IMG/VR virus record: IMGVR_UViG_3300022542_001175
Source of the DNA: a virus
DNA length: 59,679 nt
Reading direction: 5' to 3' (one strand)
Below the pieces are notes generated by a model. The model did no database searches and had not been told where the DNA came from. It saw nothing but the letters and a program-made list of their open reading frames with translations. Position 1 is the first letter of the stretch. Each line of letters starts with the position of its first letter. Positions 1 to 9,129 of the stretch are shown here, piece by piece. A program made the translations under genes and the position numbers.

Positions 1-141
1 CTTTCTTTCAAATTCCATATTATCCTCCTTTCCTTAAGTTGATTATATTCCTGAGCTGTCTGTGCTTCTCTTCAATCATCGCTAGATATCGATCATTATG
101 ATAAATGCACAGCGCAGCTAACTCTTTTTTGCTATAGCTCA
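1..141. repeat. Terminal direct repeat, left copy (identical to 59539..59679)
   Basis: Bases 1-141 match the last 141 bases of the window base for base. This implies a circular or terminally redundant genome with a 59,538-bp unique unit. Confidence 0.95.
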
Positions 142-211
142 AGATTGCTTTTCCGTAAACAAGAGCTCCATCCACTCTTCCTAAATTATTTGTGATGCTT
201 GCTGCTAGCAT
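20..211 (-). CDS. hypothetical protein (63 aa)
   Basis: Packed minus-strand ORF with AGGAGGA a few nt upstream of the ATG. No recognisable motif. Confidence 0.5.
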   Translation of the reverse strand: MLAASITNNLGRVDGALVYGKAILSYSKKELAALCIYHNDRYLAMIEEKHRQLRNIINLRKGG

Positions 212-212
212 A

Positions 213-482
213 CTATCCTCCTATTAATTCTTTTTGATATCTCTGTCTGAGCAATTCAGCAGCAGATAAAAATAATTGCATGGACGTTTCCGCTACTACG
301 ATTTTTCCTCCTGGAAGATCAAAGCGAATACTCAAAGATGGTTTTCCAGATCTCATTCCTTTACTCAAAGCTGCAATTTGGATGATTCCATCTTTCATCC
401 ATACAACATCTTTAGTCTTGATCTTGGATTCCAAATCCTTCCAGCATCCATCTCCTTCTAAGTTCACTTTTATCATATTCAT
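213..482 (-). CDS. hypothetical protein (89 aa)
   Basis: Packed minus-strand ORF with GGAGGAG upstream of the ATG. Confidence 0.55.
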   Translation of the reverse strand: MNMIKVNLEGDGCWKDLESKIKTKDVVWMKDGIIQIAALSKGMRSGKPSLSIRFDLPGGKIVVAETSMQLFLSAAELLRQRYQKELIGG

Positions 483-715
483 CCTTTCTCCTCCAGCTTT
501 AAAATAGACTTTAATAGTCGAATCCGCTCCTTAGCTTCATCAAACATTTTGAATCCATGCTCCACAATGAACGTAGGATTCAGGATCGGAGTTATCGTCT
601 CCTGATGTGTGATGTATTCCTCAAATTTCTCCAGATCCTTAACTGAAAGTCCAGAATTCCAGACAGCGCTTATCGCATGATTTATCTGTCTTCCTATCAC
701 TGTTAATTCACTCAT
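479..715 (-). CDS. hypothetical protein (78 aa)
   Basis: AAAGGAGGA upstream of the ATG and a 4-nt overlap with the next gene. Confidence 0.55.
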   Translation of the reverse strand: MSELTVIGRQINHAISAVWNSGLSVKDLEKFEEYITHQETITPILNPTFIVEHGFKMFDEAKERIRLLKSILKLEEKG

Positions 716-725
716 AGATCCTCCT

Positions 726-974
726 TTATTTAATATAGCTAATCCTTCTTAGCTTCCTTTTATTTAGAGAGAGATGCTTCCAGTATCCAGCTATCGCACG
801 ATCATGTCTCGGACATCTAGGAAGAAAGAGCACGATCTCTTTCAGTTTTTCCGAGATGGACATGCACGCACATTGATAAACTACTGCTCGGATCTTATCA
901 TCAGTGTTTAGCGGATTAATTAAAAAAATTTTTGGAGCGTCAATTTCATAAAGTTTTTTTAAATGTCCTAACAT
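726..974 (-). CDS. hypothetical protein (82 aa; start trimmed from ORF-track 1088)
   Basis: GGAGGAGAGG immediately precedes the internal ATG at 974 (MLGHLKK...). The upstream part of the track ORF is better explained by a separate small membrane ORF. Confidence 0.45.
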   Translation of the reverse strand: MLGHLKKLYEIDAPKIFLINPLNTDDKIRAVVYQCACMSISEKLKEIVLFLPRCPRHDRAIAGYWKHLSLNKRKLRRISYIK

Positions 975-1111
975 CCTCTCCTCCGCTTCTTGTCCGATAG
1001 ATGATCTCTCAAGTGCAGCGCTGCTATCACGATCCATCCTCCTAAAGCGAGCACTGCTCCAACTACTAATGTAGGATCTAGCTTGCAAAGCTCCTTTATT
1101 TTTTCAAGCAT
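968..1111 (-). CDS. small membrane protein (47 aa)
   Basis: Hand translation gives MLEKIKELCKLDPTLVVGAVLALGGWIVIAALHLRDHLSDKKRRRGC. AGGAGGAAG lies upstream, there is one hydrophobic helix, and the stop overlaps the next ATG. Confidence 0.35.
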   Translation of the reverse strand: MLEKIKELCKLDPTLVVGAVLALGGWIVIAALHLRDHLSDKKRRRGC

Positions 1112-1122
1112 GTCTTCCTCCT

Positions 1123-1293
1123 TTAAAAAAATTTAGACAAAAATTTATTTATCGCAGCTCTCCTCCTCTCACTGCGAGATCTCGCTTCTCTCAAACGTCT
1201 CCTCACTGTGTCCATGTCTGTCCACCAGCAGATCCAGAGCCAAAGGAGATAGACTAGCGGAGTTATAATTATCAAAGCAAGGAGCTCATCCAT
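1123..1293 (-). CDS. small membrane protein (56 aa)
   Basis: Hand translation gives MDELLALIIITPLVYLLWLWICWWTDMDTVRRRLREARSRSERRRAAINKFLSKFF. AGGAAGTGA lies upstream, with one TM helix and a basic tail. Confidence 0.4.
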   Translation of the reverse strand: MDELLALIIITPLVYLLWLWICWWTDMDTVRRRLREARSRSERRRAAINKFLSKFF

Positions 1294-1315
1294 TATTCAC
1301 TTCCTGATCTATTTT

Positions 1316-1570
1316 CTAAAGCAAACCAAAATTCAACATGTGATCTGCAATTGTGATATCAAACCAGGACTCAGGATCAGTTCTCTTTGGAAATCTAACT
1401 CTAAAGTCTATGTATCTAGTGTATGACTCGATCCTACTTCGTGAGAAGAAAGTTATCGTTAAACGTTTCTTCCTCATTCTACAATGGAAGCTGAAAGCGA
1501 GAGATAATCCTTTTTTGAAAGTTAAACCAAAATCAATCCAGTTTTTCTTAGTTCCGATACTTCTCTTCAT
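1316..1570 (-). CDS. hypothetical protein (84 aa)
   Basis: Packed ORF with GGAGGAATGA upstream of the ATG. Confidence 0.5.
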   Translation of the reverse strand: MKRSIGTKKNWIDFGLTFKKGLSLAFSFHCRMRKKRLTITFFSRSRIESYTRYIDFRVRFPKRTDPESWFDITIADHMLNFGLL

Positions 1571-1786
1571 TCATTCCTCCTTTATCTTTTTATTTATAAT
1601 CCTGCGCAAGCGAGCTCCAGCTCTTGCTGCATTGATTCCTGCTTTCCTCATCCTTCTGATTGCGTGAGGAGGAATATCCATCATCAGCTCCAAGATCTCC
1701 TTTATTAATTTATCCGCAGCGCAATGTAATTTATGAAATTCAGAATCCTGAGCTCTCTTTTTTAAAATGATGGTCAATCTAATCAT
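1571..1786 (-). CDS. hypothetical protein (71 aa)
   Basis: Packed ORF that abuts 1316..1570, with a GGAAGTGAG SD-like motif upstream. Confidence 0.5.
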   Translation of the reverse strand: MIRLTIILKKRAQDSEFHKLHCAADKLIKEILELMMDIPPHAIRRMRKAGINAARAGARLRRIINKKIKEE

Positions 1787-2098
1787 CGCTCACTTCCTGA
1801 TCGCTCGATTTTTTTTTGGAGCGCAATTCGCTCGACTTAATTTCCAGAGTAATCTCTACTCCTTCATCCTGGAGCACGTCTCTCAATCTCATCATTGTCT
1901 CCACTGCTTCCTTGTTTCCTTTTATTTTAATGTGCGCAATAGTCTTATCTTTCATTTTTTAAATCGGAGCGCAAGAGCAATGCTATCAATGTCCAGTATT
2001 TCAAGCTTCCTCTCACTATCCTCACTCCTTTTTTATTTTTAAAAAATTTTTTAGGCGATTTGATTTTCATTCTTAATTTCCAAATTCAAATCCAGTTC

Positions 2099-2308
2099 CT
2101 AATGTACGAACTGAGACTCTTCTCTACATTTATATTTATATATCGAGTCTCCACAATACGGACATTTCATTTTATAAGGAATAATATGTCTAGGATTCTC
2201 ATCCATTATGCTTTCAGGATCTAAAGGAAGAGGAACTACTACTATCTTCCTGCAATTCCAACAGGAAACACGCTTTGTCTTAAGAGTAGAAAGAGAAAAT
2301 TTAGTCAT
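2099..2308 (-). CDS. zinc-ribbon protein (69 aa)
   Basis: Two CxxC pairs (CWNC ... CPYC). GAGGAAA upstream of the ATG. Confidence 0.55.
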   Translation of the reverse strand: MTKFSLSTLKTKRVSCWNCRKIVVVPLPLDPESIMDENPRHIIPYKMKCPYCGDSIYKYKCREESQFVH

Positions 2309-2569
2309 CTGATTTCCTCATGGTTTTTCATACCATTTCCTTCTAGCTATATCCTCCTCTGCCATCCTCTCAATCTTCTTCCTTGAAAATATTAAACAAT
2401 AACATTGCCAGTATAATCTGTGAATTAACTTCTTCTCCTTCTTACTTAATTCTTTCTTCATCTGCTTATACTAAGGTTACTAAGAACTCCTTTTTATTTT
2501 TCATCCCTACATCCCATTCAATGACACAGCCACCAAGATCACAACCACTGAACAATATGACCCCTAAGT

Positions 2570-2773
2570 TCACAACATCTCCAGCTCTTTTCTTTCACAG
2601 AGATCCAGGAGCTTATCCTTTATCCTTTCCACAGCTTCAGGATCTACTCTATGAATGAATCCTTCCTCCAGCAGCCAGATCCTTGACTCCTCTTCTCTTA
2701 TAGCAGCAGAGAGCTCTAATTGAGTCAATTTAAGCTCTTTTCGTAGTGTTTTGTAGTCAATTTCGTTGCTCAT
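2570..2773 (-). CDS. XRE/Cro-like helix-turn-helix regulator (67 aa)
   Basis: LRKELKLTQLELSAAI...LLEEG fits the HTH_XRE pattern (L..gLTQ.eLA ... E.G). Confidence 0.6.
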   Translation of the reverse strand: MSNEIDYKTLRKELKLTQLELSAAIREEESRIWLLEEGFIHRVDPEAVERIKDKLLDLCERKELEML

Positions 2774-2845
2774 TTAGCTAACTCCATAGCCTATATACAC
2801 TTAACTCACAATCCTAGTTGACATAATAAACGTTATGCGACACAG

Positions 2846-2998
2846 TCACTTCCACTCATAATACGCAGCTCTAACTAACCATTCACTTATTCCTACTCTT
2901 TCAGCGATGATCCTGAAGATCAGCTTGTCTCTGTCTCTCATCAGCATAACTCTCTTCTTAATTCTCTCCTTCTCCTCCTTTGAGATCCGCTTACTCAT
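2846..2998 (-). CDS. small HTH protein (50 aa)
   Basis: Hand translation gives MSKRISKEEKERIKKRVMLMRDRDKLIFRIIAERVGISEWLVRAAYYEWK. The ATG overlaps the stop of the upstream gene, and IAERVGIS.W.V is HTH-like. Confidence 0.4.
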   Translation of the reverse strand: MSKRISKEEKERIKKRVMLMRDRDKLIFRIIAERVGISEWLVRAAYYEWK

Positions 2999-3233
2999 CG
3001 CTCACTTCCAACAGAGGCTTTTTTTTTATTGCAAGCGGAGATATGGCGAGGTAGTTTATTGCAGAATCTAGGGGTAACTCGACAAGCTTTCCATTAGAGT
3101 AGATTCCAATTATCTCTCCTATGTGATTCAAAAGAACAGCAGAGTCCAAAGGAAGGAGAGGATGAACTATGACTTCTGTTCCAGGAGCAGGATCTATCTC
3201 TAGATCTTGAGAAGCGAATACAAGACACTTCAT
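2991..3233 (-). CDS. hypothetical protein (80 aa)
   Basis: Packed ORF with a 4-nt overlap with the upstream gene. Confidence 0.5.
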   Translation of the reverse strand: MKCLVFASQDLEIDPAPGTEVIVHPLLPLDSAVLLNHIGEIIGIYSNGKLVELPLDSAINYLAISPLAIKKKPLLEVSDE

Positions 3234-3550
3234 ATCACCTCTCTATGATCATCTCTTGTCCTGAGTATCGGATAGAGAGTGATCTTATGCTCTATCCTTA
3301 TTACGTGTGTAAGCATTAGTACAAAGAGAAGAGTAGGAAGCAGGAAGCATGTAGCTACTATTATGATCATTCCTTTATATATATTCTTTAGGAGCTGAAG
3401 CGCTGCGTGAAAAATTTTACTGTCTCTACGCTCTACTACACAGAAGCTCATGCACTCTCTACACACTCCTCTTCTCACATAGCTTCCTTTAACTAAGATC
3501 AGTCCTATGCTGTCTCTGCGAATTCTGCTTCCACAGCATTTGCTTTTCAT
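3230..3550 (-). CDS. Cys-rich protein with C-terminal transmembrane helix (106 aa)
   Basis: N-terminal CCGS...CRECMSFC, followed by the hydrophobic stretch IIIVATCFLLPTLLFVLML. Confidence 0.5.
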   Translation of the reverse strand: MKSKCCGSRIRRDSIGLILVKGSYVRRGVCRECMSFCVVERRDSKIFHAALQLLKNIYKGMIIIVATCFLLPTLLFVLMLTHVIRIEHKITLYPILRTRDDHREVI

Positions 3551-3780
3551 TTGATCTCCACTACTTTACGATCCTGGATCACTGCTACTATCTTATCATC
3601 CTCTGAGATGAGGAGCGCTGTCTTTCTAGGAAGGAAAGCATCTAATAGGATCTTGACTCCTACTCCAGCTTCAGCTTTCTCTCTGGAATACAGCTTAAGA
3701 TCTATTAGTCTCTGGAGCTCTTCCTGGAAGTCCATAGCAGAAATCATCTTCTTAAATCTAGGAAACTTGATCTCATCCAT
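3547..3780 (-). CDS. hypothetical protein (77 aa; start trimmed from 3828)
   Basis: GAGGAGGA lies 5 nt upstream of the internal ATG at 3780 (MDEIKF...). Confidence 0.5.
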   Translation of the reverse strand: MDEIKFPRFKKMISAMDFQEELQRLIDLKLYSREKAEAGVGVKILLDAFLPRKTALLISEDDKIVAVIQDRKVVEIK

Positions 3781-3920
3781 TAGATCCTCCTCTCCTTTTG
3801 ATTCTCTCAGACTTAGACTCCACTTCACATGGATTCATCCTACATCCACTGCAGATGAAGTAAGCTTCGAGCACATACATCAGCATTGACTCCTTATGAT
3901 CCTTTCAGATTTCTTCCTGC

Positions 3921-4172
3921 TCATTTTGATTGAGGAGCATAAGACTGAGCTCCTCCTGGATCTTCTTCTTTAGCTATGACTACAACACGCTTCTCCATAA
4001 GGAGCAGTTGTCCTACATCAATATACTCGACACTGGGCATTTTCCCACTTTCTTTTAAATACTCAGACTGGACTCCGATCTGATGACAGTGATTCAGATA
4101 GCGGATCTCGGACACTGCGATTCCTTCCATTCCAGAAACATCGTCATGGACTTTGTCTCCTAATTCAATCAT
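3921..4172 (-). CDS. hypothetical protein (83 aa)
   Basis: Packed minus-strand ORF. Confidence 0.5.
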   Translation of the reverse strand: MIELGDKVHDDVSGMEGIAVSEIRYLNHCHQIGVQSEYLKESGKMPSVEYIDVGQLLLMEKRVVVIAKEEDPGGAQSYAPQSK

Positions 4173-4173
4173 G

Positions 4174-4419
4174 TTATCCTCCTGTTAATTTACGGATTAA
4201 ATCCTGGATATAAGACACGCACTCCTTAACAGAGTGTGGATGAGCTTGCCATTCAAATAGCGCTCTTCCTTCCTCATCTAGATCCCAGTCTAGATTCACG
4301 ATTGAGATCTCACACATACATCCACACTCCACACATGCGTAATATGTTTCAAGTCCAGGAATATTTCCTTCTCGGACTTCGAGCTGCGCTCCATGACACT
4401 TGGATCTAAGCTCGATCAT
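4174..4419 (-). CDS. hypothetical protein, Cys-cluster N-terminus, paralog of 4416..4661 at its C-terminus
   Basis: The C-terminus ALFEWQAHPHSVKECVSYIQDLIRK resembles ELFGWSADPHTISECEDFIRSIYKR of the neighbouring gene. Confidence 0.55.
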   Translation of the reverse strand: MIELRSKCHGAQLEVREGNIPGLETYYACVECGCMCEISIVNLDWDLDEEGRALFEWQAHPHSVKECVSYIQDLIRKLTGG

Positions 4420-4661
4420 TCCTTCTTCCTTTTATAAATTGATCGAATGAAGTCTTCACATTCACTTATAGTATGAGGATCTGCGCTCCATCCAAAAAGC
4501 TCTCTTGCTAACTCCTCCACGTCTATCTTCACTCGATGATCTGAGACTCGGATCTCATCAGCGACTAAGCAGATATTCACTGAGATCTGATCATCGCTAA
4601 AGATCTGGATATAATCCTGAGTTCCAGTCCTAGTCTTTGTTATTGTTACGTCAAGTTCCAT
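4416..4661 (-). CDS. hypothetical protein, C-terminal paralog of 4174..4419
   Basis: Shares the W.A.PH...EC..(Y/F)I motif with 4174..4419 and overlaps it by 4 nt. Confidence 0.55.
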   Translation of the reverse strand: MELDVTITKTRTGTQDYIQIFSDDQISVNICLVADEIRVSDHRVKIDVEELARELFGWSADPHTISECEDFIRSIYKRKKE

Positions 4662-4922
4662 TTGTCCTCCTTAGAGCAAAGCGAGATACGATCTCTCTCT
4701 GTCCTGATCTAAATTGAATGAGAGCGGAGTTCCTCCGTCCATAAGCTAAGACTCGACATCTCCTCATGTGAAGAGTCCTCCTCTTCTCATTATTACTCCA
4801 GCAATATCTATAGATCATTATCTATCCAAAGATCAGCAGCAGGAGCATTACTGCAGCTATCAAACGATAGATGAGATATCGCTTGATATAAGTTCTAATT
4901 TCTTCTTTATAGTAATGTCTGA

Positions 4923-5243
4923 TCATTGAACAATAGCTCCTTCTCTATAAATATCAGCAATCATCATCACGAAATTAGCTACATCTGCTCCTTCTCTCAG
5001 TACTTCTTCTCTAGACTTAGATTCAAATATCGCTCGCTCAAATTCCCATAGCTCCTCATTGAGTCTGCGCTTCAAATATGAAATTGTCTCTCTCTTCCAT
5101 CCAGGTCTGTCTAGATGCTTTAAGAGCTCATGCTTCATATTATAAGAAAAGAAATTGACTGAGTTCTCGATCATTCCTTTCTGATGCTCTACTCTCAGCA
5201 GCTCTTTCTCTCTTTTATTGAATTTAGGAAAATAGTTGTTCAT
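4923..5243 (-). CDS. MazG-like nucleotide pyrophosphohydrolase
   Basis: NEELWEFERAI ... EVLREGADVANFVMMIAD matches the MazG E..E...(E/D)..D helix pair. Confidence 0.65.
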   Translation of the reverse strand: MNNYFPKFNKREKELLRVEHQKGMIENSVNFFSYNMKHELLKHLDRPGWKRETISYLKRRLNEELWEFERAIFESKSREEVLREGADVANFVMMIADIYREGAIVQ

Positions 5244-6196
5244 AGATCCTCCTTAATCTGCATCTGTGATGGAGAGACATAATTCTCCTTTCTTCTGAAT
5301 TGACGATTGAAGTCTGCGAATGATGAAGAGCGGAGTCTCTGCTTCTTATTGCTCCAGAGCATCAATCGATGGAAGCGCTCATCGCCTATCCTCTCTCCAG
5401 TCCTAGATCTATAGATCATGATATAAGGAGCGAATCCATACTCCAGGATGATCTCTACTCTCTGGAGCGTGGATTCAAAGTCCTCATCATATCCTGCTAG
5501 AACGTATATCGTCACATGCGTCTTAGAGAATTGATATTTCTGCAGGAGCTCTGCTCCTCTCCTGAATCCAGTCTCATAGCTCAGTCTATCGAAGGAGAAC
5601 TTCACGTCCTGGAAGAAGGAGAGCTGTCTCAGGATCTTAGTATTATCATCATTCAATAATCTGATATCGAGTCCTTGAGTGAAGTCCACTTTTATTCTCT
5701 CTTTAAGTAGATCCTCTGCTACTTGTTCAAAATTATATTTCAGTCCTAGAATGTTGTTATCCAGGAGAACAAGCTTTTTGTGCCAGGGATTCCAGAATTC
5801 ATAGATCGATGCTGTTTTGATCAGTCTTCCTTCTTTAATAGGAACAACGCAAAATCTACAGCGTCTGCTACATCCTCTACTAGTGAATCCTAGACTGTAA
5901 TCCAGATCTCGATACAGTGTGTAGTCGGGCATTATCCTCTCAATGCAGAGATCCAGCTTCAATCCGAGATCCACTCCTGATCCTCCGATGACTGCTGATG
6001 AAGGAAGAGTAGGAAGACGAGAATAGGAGAAGATCTTAGATCCGTAAACACGATCATAGTTCTTAGCGAAGAGAGGAGCTGTGAGCTCCACTTTGTCTCC
6101 TTTGGACTTGTAGTATGAGCTCAGTTTCATCAATGCTAGGTTTGCCATCTTAGAATCTATGTCTATAAGTCCTATTTTCTTCATTGGAACATGCAC
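5240..6196 (-). CDS. radical SAM enzyme (B12-binding-like N-terminal domain)
   Basis: GCSRRCRFCVVP is a CxxxCxxC radical SAM cluster motif. An alternative start at 6184 (ATGA overlap with the upstream stop) is possible. Confidence 0.75.
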   Translation of the reverse strand: MHVPMKKIGLIDIDSKMANLALMKLSSYYKSKGDKVELTAPLFAKNYDRVYGSKIFSYSRLPTLPSSAVIGGSGVDLGLKLDLCIERIMPDYTLYRDLDYSLGFTSRGCSRRCRFCVVPIKEGRLIKTASIYEFWNPWHKKLVLLDNNILGLKYNFEQVAEDLLKERIKVDFTQGLDIRLLNDDNTKILRQLSFFQDVKFSFDRLSYETGFRRGAELLQKYQFSKTHVTIYVLAGYDEDFESTLQRVEIILEYGFAPYIMIYRSRTGERIGDERFHRLMLWSNKKQRLRSSSFADFNRQFRRKENYVSPSQMQIKEDL

Positions 6197-6885
6197 CAGC
6201 AGGATTGCTCCAGCTCGAAGTCAAAGTCTAGATCCTGCTGTAGATCTAGATCTCCTACGAAGTCCACGATTGTAGTTCCTCTCCTATAAGTATATTTCTC
6301 TTTCTCGATGATACACTCCTTCTCCAGCTCCACAGCTATAGTCCAGAGCTCAGGATACGACTTTTTCAGTTCTATCCAGTTGCGTTTGGACTGAAAAGGA
6401 CAGATATAGCATCCGCTCTTCATTGGAAGTCCGAGTCCAGCTTCCTTTATCACTTTACGACATCCACTGCGATCTATCCCCATATCCACTAGCGGATATT
6501 TGTTCCTTTTGTACTTCCTGGAGACACGATGAGATTCTCCAGCGTCTATTCCTATTATTGTTTCAGCTCCAGGATCTAGAGACTTCGTATAATACGATAT
6601 AGGACGGATCTTCCATTTCTCAGTACACCAGCGATTCATCATCGAAGGAATGACTTTATGCTTTTGACAGCGCTCTAGCAGCGTCTGATGCTCCACTCCT
6701 CCAGTTAGATACGTGATTTTGATTCCTAGCGACTCTAAATAGTCCATATATTGATAAGTATGAGGATACTCAGTTCCTGTGTCTGAGAATACGATCTCAT
6801 CAAATGGAGGAATCCTTTTAAGCAGCGTCAATGCAATGAGAGCTGTGCTGTTGACTCCTGCTCCGTATGAAAGGATTCTCACCAT
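6181..6885 (-). CDS. PAPS reductase-family (PP-loop) protein
   Basis: ILSYGAGVNSTALI (PP-loop variant), FSDTGTEYPHTY, CTEKWKIRPI, GIDAGESHR and a C-terminal GC.ICP follow the PF01507 layout. Confidence 0.8.
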   Translation of the reverse strand: MVRILSYGAGVNSTALIALTLLKRIPPFDEIVFSDTGTEYPHTYQYMDYLESLGIKITYLTGGVEHQTLLERCQKHKVIPSMMNRWCTEKWKIRPISYYTKSLDPGAETIIGIDAGESHRVSRKYKRNKYPLVDMGIDRSGCRKVIKEAGLGLPMKSGCYICPFQSKRNWIELKKSYPELWTIAVELEKECIIEKEKYTYRRGTTIVDFVGDLDLQQDLDFDFELEQSCWCMFQ

Positions 6886-8222
6886 GATCTAAACACTCTT
6901 CCTCTTCTTTTCTCTTTGCAAGCTGCGTCCGCTATAACAATAGCGTCCAGACGATCTGTGCTCATCTTCATTCTCTTCTTAAACTCCTCTTTGCTCTCTA
7001 TTCTGAAAAGTCCATCTGCGCTCAATAGTCGATAGCGGATCGACATCTCATTTCTCAATTTCTGATCCTGTGGAATATCCACGTAAGAAAGCTTCTTGCT
7101 AAACATAAACATATCCTCCGCTCTCCGGTTGCGATAGCGTGCAGGATCTTGAGCTTTATTCGATCCTTTATACTCTAAAAGCGATCCAGTGTATTTCCAG
7201 CGAGTGCGCAGCTCTTTTAACATCCGCTTGATCCTATCAAAGACTCCAGCTCCATATCCTATAGAATCGATTTTCACATTTGCAGAATGATGGATCTGCA
7301 TCAGTTCAATGACATCATCTGCAGTCTGCATCGTATCCTGTCCGATTATCTTCTTTATGAGAGTGAATTTAGCTCCTAGTCCAGCATCAACTTCCAACTT
7401 GGACGCTGCTTTCTGCTTTAGAGCGATTACAGTCTCATCATCTCCTTCTCTAGCGACATCCACTCCTATGTCCGTCACTGGAGACTCTGCTCTTAAATTC
7501 CTATTCATTGCCAGCGTCACTTTTGAATACTGGAACAGCGCATTGCACTCTGAGACTACATTCCAGTCTCCTTCGATCCACGCTTGAGCGAGATCCGCAG
7601 GAAGTACTTCACGCATCTTCTCTTCATAGTCTGGAGGATTGTGAGGATTGTCACGAATAAAAGCAGGAACAAAAGCGTGATCTGCGAGTGGAGGAGAAGG
7701 ATCTATCCATCGATGCTTCACCCAGTTGGATGTAGGATTAGCTGTACAGAGTCCTTTAAACACTATTCCTGGAATATTGAGACTCAAGCGAGTACACAAA
7801 AGGAGAAAATGCTTTTCAGTAGTCTCTTCTACTTGATCTATAGCGAACCATCCCAGTTCCATTGATTTAAGTCTGTCTATAGCTCGCTCATCGTCTCCTA
7901 ATCCTCCATAGAAGAGCTCAGATCCATTTTTAAACTTGAATAGATGATCACTTTTGTTATGAAACAGCAGCAGCTCAGGATCTAACCATTTCTGGAGCTC
8001 CAGGAGCGTACTGAGCTTAAATTCATGAAGCTCATGACGTGCCATGTATCCTCTATTTCCTGGAATTCCTGTTGAAAGAGCGACTGCGCAGTTACACAAC
8101 CACGCTGTCTTTGCTCCACGCATAGCTCCTCCATAGAGCACGTATCTAGCTGGAGAGACTGAAGCTTCAATCTGTCTTGGAGTAGGATCAGCGCTGCTTA
8201 TTACTCTTTCTTCTTGTTTCAT
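6879..8222 (-). CDS. terL: terminase large subunit
   Basis: Walker A-like GGAMRGAKTAW, Walker B-like WFAIDQVEE, and the nuclease-domain motif IGVDVAREGDDETVIAL. Confidence 0.85.
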   Translation of the reverse strand: MKQEERVISSADPTPRQIEASVSPARYVLYGGAMRGAKTAWLCNCAVALSTGIPGNRGYMARHELHEFKLSTLLELQKWLDPELLLFHNKSDHLFKFKNGSELFYGGLGDDERAIDRLKSMELGWFAIDQVEETTEKHFLLLCTRLSLNIPGIVFKGLCTANPTSNWVKHRWIDPSPPLADHAFVPAFIRDNPHNPPDYEEKMREVLPADLAQAWIEGDWNVVSECNALFQYSKVTLAMNRNLRAESPVTDIGVDVAREGDDETVIALKQKAASKLEVDAGLGAKFTLIKKIIGQDTMQTADDVIELMQIHHSANVKIDSIGYGAGVFDRIKRMLKELRTRWKYTGSLLEYKGSNKAQDPARYRNRRAEDMFMFSKKLSYVDIPQDQKLRNEMSIRYRLLSADGLFRIESKEEFKKRMKMSTDRLDAIVIADAACKEKRRGRVFRSW

Positions 8223-8410
8223 TATCTATTCTGATGATGGAAGGAGGAAATATGCTCACTTCTCTTCTTTCCTTCCTTTAATTGAGTCCTGGATTTCTGT
8301 TCATGCTCCGCTTTTATACACTTGATCTGCTTCTTGGACTTTTCCTTATTAGGAAGCTGCGCTATCTTGTTAGATATATCTCCTAGAAATCCAAATATAT
8401 TGAAAATCAT
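8222..8410 (-). CDS. hypothetical basic protein (62 aa)
   Basis: Packed ORF whose stop overlaps the terL ATG (TAATG). Confidence 0.45.
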   Translation of the reverse strand: MIFNIFGFLGDISNKIAQLPNKEKSKKQIKCIKAEHEQKSRTQLKEGKKRSEHISSFHHQNR

Positions 8411-8727
8411 AATGTTGTCTCCTTCTTTAATCCAGAATACGGAAATTTGAGATGGATAGTAAGATCTTCTCCTAAAGCTATGATATCTAGATTGTGAGCA
8501 GAGATCCTGATGCTGGAATTAGGACTCCTTCCATGTCCGCAGCAGCAAGCTATAGTCTTTATTCCATAGAGATTCAGCATCTCTATAAGTGGAGCGAGAC
8601 AGCGATCAACATTTACTCTATGTGATGCAGCTCCTTCGATCTTAGGAATGTCTTTAGGAGAAAAATGTTCCTTTGGAGCGATAGTTATCGTCTCAAAATC
8701 TCCAAATTTGCACATTGAATCCTCCAC
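8407..8727 (-). CDS. hypothetical Cys-rich protein (106 aa)
   Basis: Contains an IACCCGHG cluster. No family recognised. Confidence 0.5.
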   Translation of the reverse strand: MEDSMCKFGDFETITIAPKEHFSPKDIPKIEGAASHRVNVDRCLAPLIEMLNLYGIKTIACCCGHGRSPNSSIRISAHNLDIIALGEDLTIHLKFPYSGLKKETTL

Positions 8728-8773
8728 TATATATAGTATCTAAGGAGCTCCGAGCTCCACAAGATCTTGTACA

Positions 8774-8974
8774 TCACTTTTTAGCTATCTTCATCGTATC
8801 TTTGAGCGTGATCGCAGCTAGACCAGCTTTATACATAGCTTCAGCAAGTTCTCGCATAGTGATTGCAGCTTCAGCTATCGATTTGAGATAAGCATCGAAT
8901 CTCCACTGTTCTTTTTCAGTCAAAATCCAGACAGTTCTCATGACTCCTTCTCCATTAACATAGGAATTCCACAT
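8774..8974 (-). CDS. hypothetical protein (66 aa, or 55 aa from ATG 8941)
   Basis: Packed ORF. The internal ATG at 8941 overlaps the upstream stop (ATGA). Confidence 0.45.
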   Translation of the reverse strand: MWNSYVNGEGVMRTVWILTEKEQWRFDAYLKSIAEAAITMRELAEAMYKAGLAAITLKDTMKIAKK

Positions 8975-9129
8975 CCTTTCCTTAACTTAAAAGTGAACTG
9001 CTTTTCACAGTCTGAGCAAAATCCTTGAATTATCTTAATCCCTGGATACTGAACAGCGCTCACTTCTCTGCTGCAGGAAGGACACTTAATTTGGATTGTC
9101 TTCACTCTTCTCCTTTGGAGGAAGCTCAA
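8938..9129 (-). CDS. zinc-ribbon protein (63 aa)
   Basis: CPSC ... CSDC pairs. Confidence 0.5.
   Translation of the reverse strand: MSFLQRRRVKTIQIKCPSCSREVSAVQYPGIKIIQGFCSDCEKQFTFKLRKGCGIPMLMEKES

Noticed and set aside
7879-7888. Isolated perfect copy of array box A (TAGCTCGCTC) inside terL.
   Set aside because: No box B lies 18 bp away and there is no neighbouring unit. A single 10-mer match is compatible with chance, although it is worth including in any binding-site scan.
7309-8170. ORFs inside terL (7309..7587 +, 7584..7865 +, 7982..8170 - alternative frame).
   Set aside because: They are contained within the terL coding region, whose main frame carries the Walker A/B and nuclease motifs.
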